DNA from: an uncultured virus (IMG/VR IMGVR_UViG_3300010938_000034)
Lineage: Duplodnaviria > Heunggongvirae > Uroviricota > Caudoviricetes
Strand: one strand, 5' to 3'
Length of the DNA stretch: 64,000 nucleotides
IMG/VR virus record: IMGVR_UViG_3300010938_000034
A program made the position numbers and the translations under genes. Below, one piece after another: positions 48,103-57,509 of this stretch (position 1 is the stretch's first letter; each line of letters begins with the position of its first letter). A model generated the notes under the pieces. The model searched no databases. It was not told the origin of the DNA and worked only from the letters and a program-made list of their open reading frames with translations.

Positions 48103-49875
48103 ATGCCTTTTGGACAAGCTATTCCAGCAACCCCTGCTGACCCATTACAGGCTCAGGGATTTAGAACGCAGCGTGCGGAACTTCCAGAGGATTTGTGGCA
48201 ACCTTTGTATGACCGTAAACTTTATGCGGTCAATAAATTCCATGAAGTCGGAGAAAATCCAGAACGGATAACTCCGAGCCGAGCCTAAAAGGCAGGTGTA
48301 GAGACTAAAGTATGAAGGAACTTTCTCCAAAAAGAAGATCAAAAAAAATACTTTTAGGAACTTTAATGGGAGACTCTTCTTTATTTGAAACTTCCCATAA
48401 GAAAGCTATGTTTAAAACTACGCATGGAGCAGACCAGATCCACTATCTTATGTATAAATTGAATGCTCTCTATCCACTTCTGGGAAGTTTTAGAGTTTCC
48501 TTTACAGGTGGAGGAAGTTTTGAGAGATGGAATGCAAAGAAAAGGATAACCGCTTGGTCGTTAAGCTCTACCTATCTTAAACATATCTACGATGATTTCT
48601 ATTCCAATAAAATTAAGAAGGTAAGGCTTAACGTTTTAAGAAGAATGGATGAGTCTTCTTTGGCTTTCTGGTATATGGATGATGGTTGTTTAGCAAAATC
48701 AAATGGAAAGTTTTATGGAATCCATTTAAATACTCAAGGATTCGATCTTGAGGATCAAGAAACCATCATCAAATATTTTAGCGAAACATGGAAGATAAAA
48801 TTTCATATTACTGAAGAAAGAAAAAATAATAAAACCTATTACTACTTGAGAGCGAACAAGGAAGATTCAGAAAGATTTTTAAATCTAATTAATCCTTTTA
48901 TTTGCAGTTCCATGCTCTATAAAGTAGATCCTTCATACGAAAGAATGGAACATTCCGATAGGGATGAAGATATAGTCCGAACCTTGCAGGAATGCAAGGA
49001 GATTATCAGAAATGATAATCCTTCGGAAGATTCTAAGATTGAACTAAATGGAGAAATTTTAGAGGATATATCCAAAAAAATTGAGACCAAAGGCTATTTT
49101 GTTAAAGTGAATCACTGGAGGCAGAAAACTCCAATCATTTTTTTTAGAGTAAGTGGGGACTATGATTCATTAGAAAAAATTAAAATGGTCTTTGGTGGAT
49201 GCATTTACTTTAGTAGAGTTTGGATATATCAAGCTACAATAAATAGTTTCAAAGAAAAAATATTCCCAAAAATTTCTCCATTCCTGAAAACAAATAAATT
49301 TAAGAATCTTCCGATGTAACATATTGGTAAATTACCCCAATGCTGGGACTACGCAGCTGTCGTTTTTCTCAACTCCTATGGGTCAGTCGGCAACATTAAT
49401 TACAGGTGTGGGTGCGGCAGCAACAAAAGTTAAGGATTATAGGGATACCAATATGCAGAATGCTAATGTTGTTCCTACAAAACTTTTTAAATTTGTGGGA
49501 ATCAGCATTGCATTCATTAATCAGATGCCAGGAGATCCAAACAATGCTGCCGATAGAGATAGGGTAAGGAACAATGCCTATCTTAGATTCAGGATTGTAG
49601 ACAAGGATATTCTTTATATTCCTTTAGTCTGCATTCCCGAAGTGAATCCATTAGTTGTTGGTTCAACAACTGTTACAGCAACAACCATTTTGGGTTCTGC
49701 TGGTGGAGGTGGGCAGAATGTTCCAATGTATAAGCTACCTATCCCTGTAACTTTGAATCCTTACGAGAACTTTAGTGTAGATATTGTGCTGTCTGCTGCT
49801 GTTGCTCTTGCAAGCAGTTCTTATAGCATGGATATCTACATGATACTCCAAGGATTCATGAGAAGGCCAACTTAA
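48103..49875 (+). CDS. Putative jelly-roll capsid protein, spliced: join(48103..48216,49327..49875), 220 aa
   Basis: AGGAGGTG RBS; exons join in frame as ...WQPLYDR|VNYPNAGTTQLSFF...DTNM; beta-strand pattern. The jelly-roll fold is inferred. Confidence 0.7.
48217..49326 (+). mobile_element. Group I self-splicing intron (IA-like, with P7.1)
   Basis: P1 GACCGU/GCGGUC with U.G; P10 UUUAU/GUAAA; P3 UUCCAU/AUGGAA; P7 GACUA/UAGUC within AAGAUAUAGUCC; P8, P9 GGAA loop; terminal G49326. Confidence 0.9.
48312..49319 (+). CDS. Intron-encoded LAGLIDADG homing endonuclease
   Basis: LLGTLMGDSSL and LAFWYMDDG motifs. Confidence 0.9.
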   Translation: MKELSPKRRSKKILLGTLMGDSSLFETSHKKAMFKTTHGADQIHYLMYKLNALYPLLGSFRVSFTGGGSFERWNAKKRITAWSLSSTYLKHIYDDFYSNKIKKVRLNVLRRMDESSLAFWYMDDGCLAKSNGKFYGIHLNTQGFDLEDQETIIKYFSETWKIKFHITEERKNNKTYYYLRANKEDSERFLNLINPFICSSMLYKVDPSYERMEHSDRDEDIVRTLQECKEIIRNDNPSEDSKIELNGEILEDISKKIETKGYFVKVNHWRQKTPIIFFRVSGDYDSLEKIKMVFGGCIYFSRVWIYQATINSFKEKIFPKISPFLKTNKFKNLPM

Positions 49876-49936
49876 CGAAATTATTAAGGATTTTCGTTTA
49901 GCAAGAAATTGCGAAGAGCAATTTCGGGAGGAAGAT

Positions 49937-50734
49937 ATGGATATACCAAAAGAGGATTTAGCTTATATGGCAGGGTTTTTTGATGGTGAGGGATACATCT
50001 CCTTTTTTAAAGTAAGAGGAGAGGATTCAGTTGAATCTGGAATAACCCAAACTATTATGGAACCTTTGCTGTTATTTGCTAAATACTTCGATGGTAATAT
50101 CCATAAAGGGAGAGTAACCCGAGGGGGACTCCAGATATATAGGTTTAGAACCTCAAGTAAAGAGAATATTGGAGTCCTCCTTTCTTCCCTATTTCCTTAT
50201 TTGATAGTTAAGAAATCGAAGGCTATGCTTGCGTTGAAATTTATTGGGAATGAGATACCTCAGGAGAGTGCGGATGAGAAGTTTCTTATTCCTTATATGG
50301 CTGGATTTTTTGATGCAGAAGGTTCGATATCAGTAAGAGTTCGGAAAGAGGGCAAAAAAGTTAAAGTTTATGGTAATAAACTTCAACCATTAATTGTTAT
50401 GCAACAGACCTGTATCGAACCGCTTCTTTTATTTAAAAAAACTTTTGATGGATATTTATATGAAAAAGGTTCAAAAACTCAAAAAGGTTCACCTATATTT
50501 TATTACAGACTTAACCTTTCGCAGATTCCCAGATTCTTTGAACTCCTTGGAAAGTATCTGATTGTTAAGCGTCAGCATGCAGAATTGGTTTTTAGACTTC
50601 AGCAGATAAAGTTGAAGCATAATGGTAAAGATCCAAAGATTCATGAGAAATGGGATATTGCGAAACAGATTATAGATTTGAATTCTAAGAAAGGGAATAA
50701 AGAGAATTGTAAAATTCTTCAACTTATTAATTAA
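49937..50734 (+). CDS. Free-standing two-motif LAGLIDADG endonuclease
   Basis: YMAGFFDGEG and YMAGFFDAEG; own GGAGG RBS. Confidence 0.9.
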   Translation: MDIPKEDLAYMAGFFDGEGYISFFKVRGEDSVESGITQTIMEPLLLFAKYFDGNIHKGRVTRGGLQIYRFRTSSKENIGVLLSSLFPYLIVKKSKAMLALKFIGNEIPQESADEKFLIPYMAGFFDAEGSISVRVRKEGKKVKVYGNKLQPLIVMQQTCIEPLLLFKKTFDGYLYEKGSKTQKGSPIFYYRLNLSQIPRFFELLGKYLIVKRQHAELVFRLQQIKLKHNGKDPKIHEKWDIAKQIIDLNSKKGNKENCKILQLIN

Positions 50735-50760
50735 AATAAAAATTAAAGGAGGAAAATAAG

Positions 50761-51537
50761 ATGGCATGGAGAGAATATTTTATATATGGAATTAATTTTA
50801 GTAGTATAACTGCAGGTGATGGAACATTATTTACAAGAGATATTATTAGGATGGATAGTGATTCTGATTTTGAACTTCAAAAAATAGTAGCTATAGCAAC
50901 AAGTAGAAACTTAAGGATAAGAATTATTGATGATTCAACTGGAAGGTTTTTAATAAAACAATCAGCAAGTTTGAGGGATATGGCAGGAGGTAGTATTTTA
51001 ACACCTTTTATATTACCAAGACCTTTTCAGATTCTAGCAGGCTCAACATTAACAATTGAAGTTGCAGATTCTTCTGGAAAAAGTAATTCTTTAAGGCTTT
51101 ATTTTCATGGTGCAAAAATAAGACCAGGAGACCCGCCTTGGGGAGTTTATGATAATGTTACTAAAAGAATAGTTATGAAAAAGTATAAAGCTGTTTTACC
51201 ATTTATTTACAATACGGGAGTCCAAACAGTTTCAGGAAGCTTATCCACTTATACAAGAATTGAAGTTGATAATGATGCACATTTTTTAATTCAAAAAATA
51301 ACAGGATTTTCATCTCAGGCTATTTTACTTGATTTCAAAGATATGCCTAGAGATATTAGCTGGCAGAATATAGCTATCCATCACGAAGCAATTTTAGGTA
51401 GCGGAGACTTTCCTAATATTTTATTTGCTAACAGATTTATACCAAGAGGTTCGGTTATATCTATAAATGTCCAGAACTTATCTTCAAGTCAAGCTACCTT
51501 TGAAATAAATCTTATAGGAGTGAAATTATATGAATAA
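50761..51537 (+). CDS. Tandem two-domain beta-sandwich protein, putative second/double jelly-roll capsid protein
   Basis: Internal duplication: FIY..DSDSDFELQKI..PFILP..GSTLTI..GAKI / FIY..DNDAHFLIQKI..PNILF..GSVISI..GVKL. Confidence 0.6.
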   Translation: MAWREYFIYGINFSSITAGDGTLFTRDIIRMDSDSDFELQKIVAIATSRNLRIRIIDDSTGRFLIKQSASLRDMAGGSILTPFILPRPFQILAGSTLTIEVADSSGKSNSLRLYFHGAKIRPGDPPWGVYDNVTKRIVMKKYKAVLPFIYNTGVQTVSGSLSTYTRIEVDNDAHFLIQKITGFSSQAILLDFKDMPRDISWQNIAIHHEAILGSGDFPNILFANRFIPRGSVISINVQNLSSSQATFEINLIGVKLYE

Positions 51538-52294
51538 TATAAATTACTGTGATTGGAAGAGGATACCTCCTGATTTATGGCCAAGAATTTTAAAAGAATT
51601 AGGTGTAGTTCCTGAGGATGTAGTCAGAAGAGATAGACCTCCACAGCCCTATTTGGGAATAGGTATATATTTAGGTAAGGGGTTTCAGGGGAGAAGAATT
51701 TTAGTTACTACTACACCTACATTGATTATACCTGCTGGACCTGCTTATCCATATATGATTTTGAATCCAACAAGAACAGTTGGTTTAACTACTTCAGGTC
51801 TTCTTTATTCTGGAACTGTAAATGCGGCTGGAAATACACAGGATAATCCTTTAGGAGTGGCAAACTATTTAAATTTGCATTTGTTTTTAAATGTTACTGC
51901 TGTAAGTGGAACTTGGGATTTTATATCTCAAGTGTATGATCCTGTTTCACTTAATTGGGCTGATTCACAAACTGTATTTAGTTCAATAAATTCAACTGGA
52001 ACTTATTACGGATTTATAGGGCAGTTAGGAGTAGCTACTGATTTTGCAATAAGATGGGATCCCACAGCAGCAGGTTCGATTACATTTAGTTTATCCTATT
52101 CTTTAAAAGAAGGAACAATAGGTTCTTCTACTGGATTATCACAAACTATATTTATAGGCTCAAATAATGGAGTTACTCCTGATTCGGGATATCCGATTTT
52201 GGAAGGGCAAAAAGAAGTATTTGTAGTTGGGGAAAATGTTGAAATCTGGGCTGTCTCATATGTAAACCTTTATGTAAATATTTTCCAATTATAA
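51530..52294 (+). CDS. Putative penton/vertex protein
   Basis: VTTTPTLII..ILNP [inserted beta domain] IFIG..VTPDSGYPILEG..IWAVS. Confidence 0.55.
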   Translation: MNNINYCDWKRIPPDLWPRILKELGVVPEDVVRRDRPPQPYLGIGIYLGKGFQGRRILVTTTPTLIIPAGPAYPYMILNPTRTVGLTTSGLLYSGTVNAAGNTQDNPLGVANYLNLHLFLNVTAVSGTWDFISQVYDPVSLNWADSQTVFSSINSTGTYYGFIGQLGVATDFAIRWDPTAAGSITFSLSYSLKEGTIGSSTGLSQTIFIGSNNGVTPDSGYPILEGQKEVFVVGENVEIWAVSYVNLYVNIFQL

Positions 52295-52302
52295 GAGAAT
52301 TA

Positions 52303-53427
52303 ATGCCTATGAAACTGAAAAAGTTTAAATTTTTAATTACATTTATTTTAATAGGATTAAGTCTATTTTTAATTAGTATAGGTATAGCTCAAATTAACAA
52401 AGTGATTTTAGGAAATGTTGCTGTGCCTTCTTATTATACATTGTCTATTATCTTTAGTGGAACTGGGACTGGACAAGTTACTGCAACCCCAGGGGGAATT
52501 TTAACAAGTTCTGGTTATTTTGAATATCCTATAAATACAAGTATAACCATAAGTGGTTTAGGAACTGGAGGTTCTATATTTCTTGGTTGGTCAGGTGCAG
52601 GATGTTCTGGAACTTCTGATTGTAATATTACAATGGATAGTAATAAAACTGTTTATGCTAATTTTTGGGGGCCTCCATTGGGAAGTTACTTAATAGGATG
52701 GTATAGGTTTGATGAAGGAAGCGGTTCTACTGTTTATAATAGGGCAACAAATGGTTCATTAGGTGGAGGGTTATTACCAAATCTAAATGTAGTCCAGAAT
52801 GATAATGTTTTTTGGACATTCCTTTCTGGTTTTGGTTCAACAAGAGATATAGTATTTGGTGCTGGAGATGGTTTAGTTGATTTTGCATGGGCTAAACCTA
52901 ACAGGACAATTGGTGGTGCTAATAAATCATGTTTTGGAATGTTTGTAAGACCAAAATCGTCAAATTACCCTTCTGGTTCTGGCGGTATGGTAATGCGGAC
53001 GCAAGATAGTTATCTTGAAAGTGGTGTAGTTGGATACCATATTTCTAATGAAAATGAAGGAGGCTCTTCATCTCTGGATTTTGCAACTAATGTTATAGAT
53101 TGGTCTCCAGGAACTTCAGAACTTAGAGGAAGATGGCATTTTCATTTTGTAAATAATAATGGTCAATGGTGGATAGTTAAACCAGAAGGAGATAGAGTTT
53201 TAGGAATGTCTGGTATATCTATGGTTCAGACTATTAATTTTCAATGGATTTTTGTTGGAGTTAGGCATTCCGATTCTACAACGCCTACTAAAGGATATTA
53301 TCCTGGTGGAGTTTCTTATGGAGATTGGCTGATTTATAATCAAACAGCTTTAACTGATTCACAGTGGGCTGAAATTTATGATAATTTAAGAAGTAGATAT
53401 GGAATGGCAGTTAGGTCAGGATGGTAA
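52303..53427 (+). CDS. Putative spike/adhesin (InlB-B-like repeat + LamG-like domain), N-terminal TM
   Basis: GTGTGQVT..FLGWSGAGCSGT..C.ITM...TV.ANF; GWYRFDEGSG. Confidence 0.7.
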   Translation: MPMKLKKFKFLITFILIGLSLFLISIGIAQINKVILGNVAVPSYYTLSIIFSGTGTGQVTATPGGILTSSGYFEYPINTSITISGLGTGGSIFLGWSGAGCSGTSDCNITMDSNKTVYANFWGPPLGSYLIGWYRFDEGSGSTVYNRATNGSLGGGLLPNLNVVQNDNVFWTFLSGFGSTRDIVFGAGDGLVDFAWAKPNRTIGGANKSCFGMFVRPKSSNYPSGSGGMVMRTQDSYLESGVVGYHISNENEGGSSSLDFATNVIDWSPGTSELRGRWHFHFVNNNGQWWIVKPEGDRVLGMSGISMVQTINFQWIFVGVRHSDSTTPTKGYYPGGVSYGDWLIYNQTALTDSQWAEIYDNLRSRYGMAVRSGW

Positions 53428-53585
53428 AAATTAATGGAGTTAATTTGCAATGAGTGTAAAATCAAGTTTTATTTCACTTTTACTTGTAATTTTATTTTTT
53501 ATAAGCTTTTTTATAATTAGAAGCTTAATTAATGAAAATTTCAATAATGGATTAAAAATAATAAAAATCCATGTGGAGGTAAAGA

Positions 53586-54272
53586 ATGAAAATTAAAAAA
53601 TTAATAAAAATAAGCTCAATTCTTTCTTTAACTGGATTAGTTATAGTTCTCTTTTCTATTGGATTAATTAAATCACAGGTTCAGGAGATAGGAGGACTTG
53701 CAGTTGCTCAATCAGCTACAAAATGGAATTTTCTAAAAGATGCAGCTGTTGGAGATGATATAACTTACGGAATAGGAGCTTTTAGCTTATATCTTTATGA
53801 TGGAAATAATTTTGATCGTGCAAGAGGGGATACAACTTATGGCTTAGATGTAGATGTAACAAGAATGCCTGCTATAGTTGGTGATAAAACTCCTTCGGAT
53901 TCTTATTCAAATCCAACAGATGCTATTCCAAGCTGGTCTTTTATTGGAATTTGGAATGGCTCAACTTGGGATAGAGCAAAAGGAACTGGAGGAGCATTAA
54001 ATGTTAGCACTACAACTTCATCTTCTATTTCAACTGGGCAGGTTTCTGTTGGAACTTTAGCTACAATAATTGTTGCTTCAAACTCTTCAAGGCGGTCAGT
54101 GATTATAAGAAATCAAGGTGCAACTGATATGTATATTGGAAATTCAGGAGTTACAACCTCTAATGGTCTTCTTATAAAAGCAGGTGAATCTATCTTTCTT
54201 GATAGAAATACAGCAGCAATATATGGAATAGTTTCAAGTGGTTCAACTACTGCTGGTTATTTACAGGAGTAA
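53586..54272 (+). CDS. Putative spike protein
   Basis: N-terminal TM, YDGNNFDRARG/WNGSTWDRAKG repeat, C-terminal small beta-sandwich. Confidence 0.65.
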   Translation: MKIKKLIKISSILSLTGLVIVLFSIGLIKSQVQEIGGLAVAQSATKWNFLKDAAVGDDITYGIGAFSLYLYDGNNFDRARGDTTYGLDVDVTRMPAIVGDKTPSDSYSNPTDAIPSWSFIGIWNGSTWDRAKGTGGALNVSTTTSSSISTGQVSVGTLATIIVASNSSRRSVIIRNQGATDMYIGNSGVTTSNGLLIKAGESIFLDRNTAAIYGIVSSGSTTAGYLQE

Positions 54273-54273
54273 A

Positions 54274-55374
54274 ATGAAAAAGGTATATACATTATTGGCT
54301 ATTTTATTTTTATTATGGGGAAGTATAGCACTTTGCTCTGGATTTCTGCACGGAAATTTTGGAATCTGGATAAGAGAGAAAATGATTTGGTCAGCTGGAG
54401 GAGGTGGTGGAGGAGGATGTCAAGGAGGAGAAAATTGGCTTACGGGTTGGGGTTATAGGAAATGTGTTACATTAAGTAGGTCATCTGGAGCTGTTACAAA
54501 TTATCAGATGAGGCTCAAAGTTGGTGAAAGCTCTGGCTCTTCTGGTTATGATGTTCATTGTAACGGACATATCCTTGCAGATTTTAATGATTTAAGATTC
54601 ACAAAAGCAGATGGTGCTACCCTGTTAGATTACTGGATTGAATCAATTACTGGGACATCTCCGAATAGACTTGCAACGGTTTGGATTGAATTTGATTCAA
54701 TTGGAACTTCAGATACAACATTTTATATGTATTATGGGAATGCCAGTGCAAGCTCTGTTAGTGATGGAGATGCTACATTTATTTTCTTTGATGATTTTTT
54801 GGGAAGTTCTATAGATTTGACTAAATGGGATGTAACGGGATCTGATGGTATAACTGTAAGTGGTGGAGTGGTTATTTTGACTTCAACAGCAACAGTCCCT
54901 CAGGTTAGACTATTGTCTAAGAATGCTGTGCTTCAAGATAATCAAACGGCCTATAGGGCAAGAATGAAAGTGAATTCAGTAAATCAAGATACTGGAGAAG
55001 CTGGATCTGGGGGATTTTTCGATTCAAATAATTGTATTATATTTGATGTGAATCATAGAAATTTGACTGACCGATATAAATATGTCAATCGTTTGGCTGG
55101 AAATTCTACCAATTTAGACATTATAGGGACTATTTATGCTGACACATTTTTTACTTTTGATTTGATAAGGATAGGAAAGGCTCGTTGGTTACTGAATGAT
55201 GGCAATATGGTAGAGAATACAAGCAATTATTATACGGGAGATACTAAAATTAGATTTAGGTCTGATTATTATACAGCGAATCAGATATTGACTATTGATT
55301 GGGTATTTGCTCGAAAGTATAATTCCCCAGAACCAACTTGGGGAACTTGGGGAGCAGAACAAACACCACCATAA
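54274..55374 (+). CDS. DUF2341-type adhesin/spike
   Basis: WLTGWGYRK, DFNDLRFT, LLDYWIE, YMYYGN, FIFFDDF, DWVFARKY..PEP. Confidence 0.8.
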   Translation: MKKVYTLLAILFLLWGSIALCSGFLHGNFGIWIREKMIWSAGGGGGGGCQGGENWLTGWGYRKCVTLSRSSGAVTNYQMRLKVGESSGSSGYDVHCNGHILADFNDLRFTKADGATLLDYWIESITGTSPNRLATVWIEFDSIGTSDTTFYMYYGNASASSVSDGDATFIFFDDFLGSSIDLTKWDVTGSDGITVSGGVVILTSTATVPQVRLLSKNAVLQDNQTAYRARMKVNSVNQDTGEAGSGGFFDSNNCIIFDVNHRNLTDRYKYVNRLAGNSTNLDIIGTIYADTFFTFDLIRIGKARWLLNDGNMVENTSNYYTGDTKIRFRSDYYTANQILTIDWVFARKYNSPEPTWGTWGAEQTPP

Positions 55375-55396
55375 GTAATACAAATGAGGTATTAAA

Positions 55397-55738
55397 ATGG
55401 CAAAGATTTTTTCTTCTTCTGTTCAAGCATTAGCTTTAATGCCTAATTTAACTTCTTTTATAATTCAAACCTTAAATGTTACTACTGCTGGAACTCCAGT
55501 TCAGCTCCCTGACATTCCTGTTCCAGATGGAGTTGAACTGGTAATCAGAGCAAAATATTCTAATGGAAGAAATGGAATAATTTATTTAGCAAATAGTAGT
55601 GTCAATACGGCTGACCCCAATAAAAGAACTGAATTAAGAATGGGAGAATCTATTGGCTTATTGGTTCAGAATGCAAATTTAGTCTGGATAGATGCTAATA
55701 AAAATAATATTGGTATTGAAATTATTGTAGAGCAATAG
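55397..55738 (+). CDS. Small beta-sandwich virion protein
   Basis: VTTAGTPVQL...IIYL...L..GESI.L...N.NLVWIDA. Confidence 0.65.
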   Translation: MAKIFSSSVQALALMPNLTSFIIQTLNVTTAGTPVQLPDIPVPDGVELVIRAKYSNGRNGIIYLANSSVNTADPNKRTELRMGESIGLLVQNANLVWIDANKNNIGIEIIVEQ

Positions 55739-55745
55739 AAAGGAG

Positions 55746-56048
55746 GTGAATAAAATGCAGGAAGTCAATTTTGGACAATATGCCTTACCAGTGATTCTAA
55801 TGGTTATTTTGAGTTTTATCTACAAAGTTTTTGGAGAAGGAGATGGTTCAGGAGCTATTTCAAATCGAGCAAAACCTATAATTGCTATATGTGTTGGAAT
55901 GGCTTTAGGAATTATTGGTTTATTTTATAATGCGGTTGAGTTGACATTTAAAAACTTTGTAGATTATTTGCTTTATGGATTTATGACAGGTTGCTCAGCT
56001 GTTGGATTATGGGAAGGTTTTAGAGCAACTATAAATCCACAAAAATAA
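55746..56048 (+). CDS. Holin-like membrane protein
   Basis: Three TM segments, G.SAVGLWE motif. Confidence 0.6.
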   Translation: MNKMQEVNFGQYALPVILMVILSFIYKVFGEGDGSGAISNRAKPIIAICVGMALGIIGLFYNAVELTFKNFVDYLLYGFMTGCSAVGLWEGFRATINPQK

Positions 56049-56060
56049 GGAGGTTAAAAT

Positions 56061-56426
56061 ATGAAAAGAAAGATTTTTATACCGATAATGTTGGCAATGT
56101 TTTTAATTTCATGTGCAACGATTCAAGATCAGTGGAATAAGCTTACTCCTGATGAGAAAGCAAGAATCATTATTAATGACCTTCAAACACAGCTGTCTAA
56201 TTTATGGGATGTAGGGAAAGCTTATGTGGAGGCTAATCCAAAGTATCTTGATGAATGGAAAAATAAAATTGTCCCTATGTTTGATACAGCTAATAAGAAT
56301 ATTAAAGTAGCCATAACACTATCCAAATTGAATCAGATAACTCCTGATATGGTTTATGAAAATATTCAACCTGCTATTAATTCAATTATTGTTATGCTTG
56401 TCCAGATTGGGGCAATTAAAAAATAA
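56061..56426 (+). CDS. Lipoprotein
   Basis: Lipobox-like LISC after a signal peptide. Confidence 0.7.
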   Translation: MKRKIFIPIMLAMFLISCATIQDQWNKLTPDEKARIIINDLQTQLSNLWDVGKAYVEANPKYLDEWKNKIVPMFDTANKNIKVAITLSKLNQITPDMVYENIQPAINSIIVMLVQIGAIKK

Positions 56427-56441
56427 AGGGAGGTTATTTGT

Positions 56442-56621
56442 ATGAATAACAAAGATATAAATATTGAATCTGTTTTAATTCTTATAAATGGTTTAATTTC
56501 TATAGCCTTTAATATCTGGTCTTCAGTTAGACAGATAAAGGGAGAGGAAGCTATACCATCTTGGGAAGAGATTTTAAGCAAAAATATCCAACTACAAACT
56601 AAAATAGATGCTGAAAAATGA
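56442..56621 (+). CDS. Small membrane protein (not in track)
   Basis: GGAGG RBS; MNNKDINIESVLILINGLISIAF. Confidence 0.6.
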   Translation: MNNKDINIESVLILINGLISIAFNIWSSVRQIKGEEAIPSWEEILSKNIQLQTKIDAEK

Positions 56622-56759
56622 ATGAGAAGAACTCATTTTTTAAAGATATAGATTGGGATGCTCTTTTTTATGGTTTTGTTGGTTCACTTTTAGCTGGGAT
56701 AACTGTTTATTATTTTTATCAGAGAAAAAATTATGATCATAAAGTTGAAGGAGAAGAAG

Positions 56760-56960
56760 ATGAATTATTTGATTGATTGGATTTCAGATATGCTTGCTGA
56801 AGAAGAAAAAGGTATAGAAGAATATATAGATTTAGCTAATGAATTAGTAAGTCAGGGAATCCCTAAATCTGTAGCAGAAAAGGTATTTAGAATAGCTGAA
56901 GATGAAAATAGACATAAAAAGATTCTGGCAAGTATTTTAAAAACTATAGAAGGAGTTTAA
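56760..56960 (+). CDS. Mini ferritin/rubrerythrin-like helical protein
   Basis: EEEKGIEEY...IAEDENRHKK (E..Y, E..H). Confidence 0.6.
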   Translation: MNYLIDWISDMLAEEEKGIEEYIDLANELVSQGIPKSVAEKVFRIAEDENRHKKILASILKTIEGV

Positions 56961-56966
56961 ATCTAT

Positions 56967-57500
56967 ATGGCATTTACATATTATAGATTTAAACCTTCAA
57001 AAATAGAGCAAAAAAATTTTTCAGGATGGTGGGATGAATTCTGGGGAAGTTTGTATTCATATTTCAGAAGTATATTTTATAAAGAAGAATATACACAAGA
57101 GGAAGCTCCTTATTACTATGAAGAAGAACCTAAAGAAAAGACAATTGATGATATTATAGAGGAAAAAAGTTTGATTTATGGAGTTCCATCTAATATTGTT
57201 AGAGCTATTATAAAAGTTGAATCTAACTTTAATCCATATGCTGTTTCTATAAAAGGTGCTAAAGGTTTGATGCAGTTAATGGAATCTACTTTTAGATGGT
57301 TAGGTTTTGATCCAAATTACATTTTTGATCCTGAAACGAACATCGAAGCGGGAGTTAAATATTTACGGTATTTATGGGATAAATATGGAAATTTAACAGA
57401 TGCAATTGCTGCTTATAATGCTGGTAGAGTATTAAAATATATGCGGACTGGAAGATATGTTAACCAAAGTTATGTTGATAAAGTTTTAACTTATGCATAG
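56967..57500 (+). CDS. SLT-family lytic transglycosylase
   Basis: AIIKVESNFNP.AVS..GAKGLMQLM, NIEAG, AAYNAG. Confidence 0.92.
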   Translation: MAFTYYRFKPSKIEQKNFSGWWDEFWGSLYSYFRSIFYKEEYTQEEAPYYYEEEPKEKTIDDIIEEKSLIYGVPSNIVRAIIKVESNFNPYAVSIKGAKGLMQLMESTFRWLGFDPNYIFDPETNIEAGVKYLRYLWDKYGNLTDAIAAYNAGRVLKYMRTGRYVNQSYVDKVLTYA

Positions 57501-57509
57501 AGGTTTATT

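Noticed and set aside
48083..48342. Short ORFs 48083-48271, 48103-48288, 48145-48342 and the TTG-start ORF at 49324 as separate genes
   Set aside because: Explained as exon 1 read-through, intron core and exon 2 of one spliced gene; 49324 has no RBS.
49876..50760. Second intron or intein around the second LAGLIDADG gene
   Set aside because: The upstream gene ends in a stop, the ORF has its own RBS, and no P7 core or intein termini were found; only two local hairpins.
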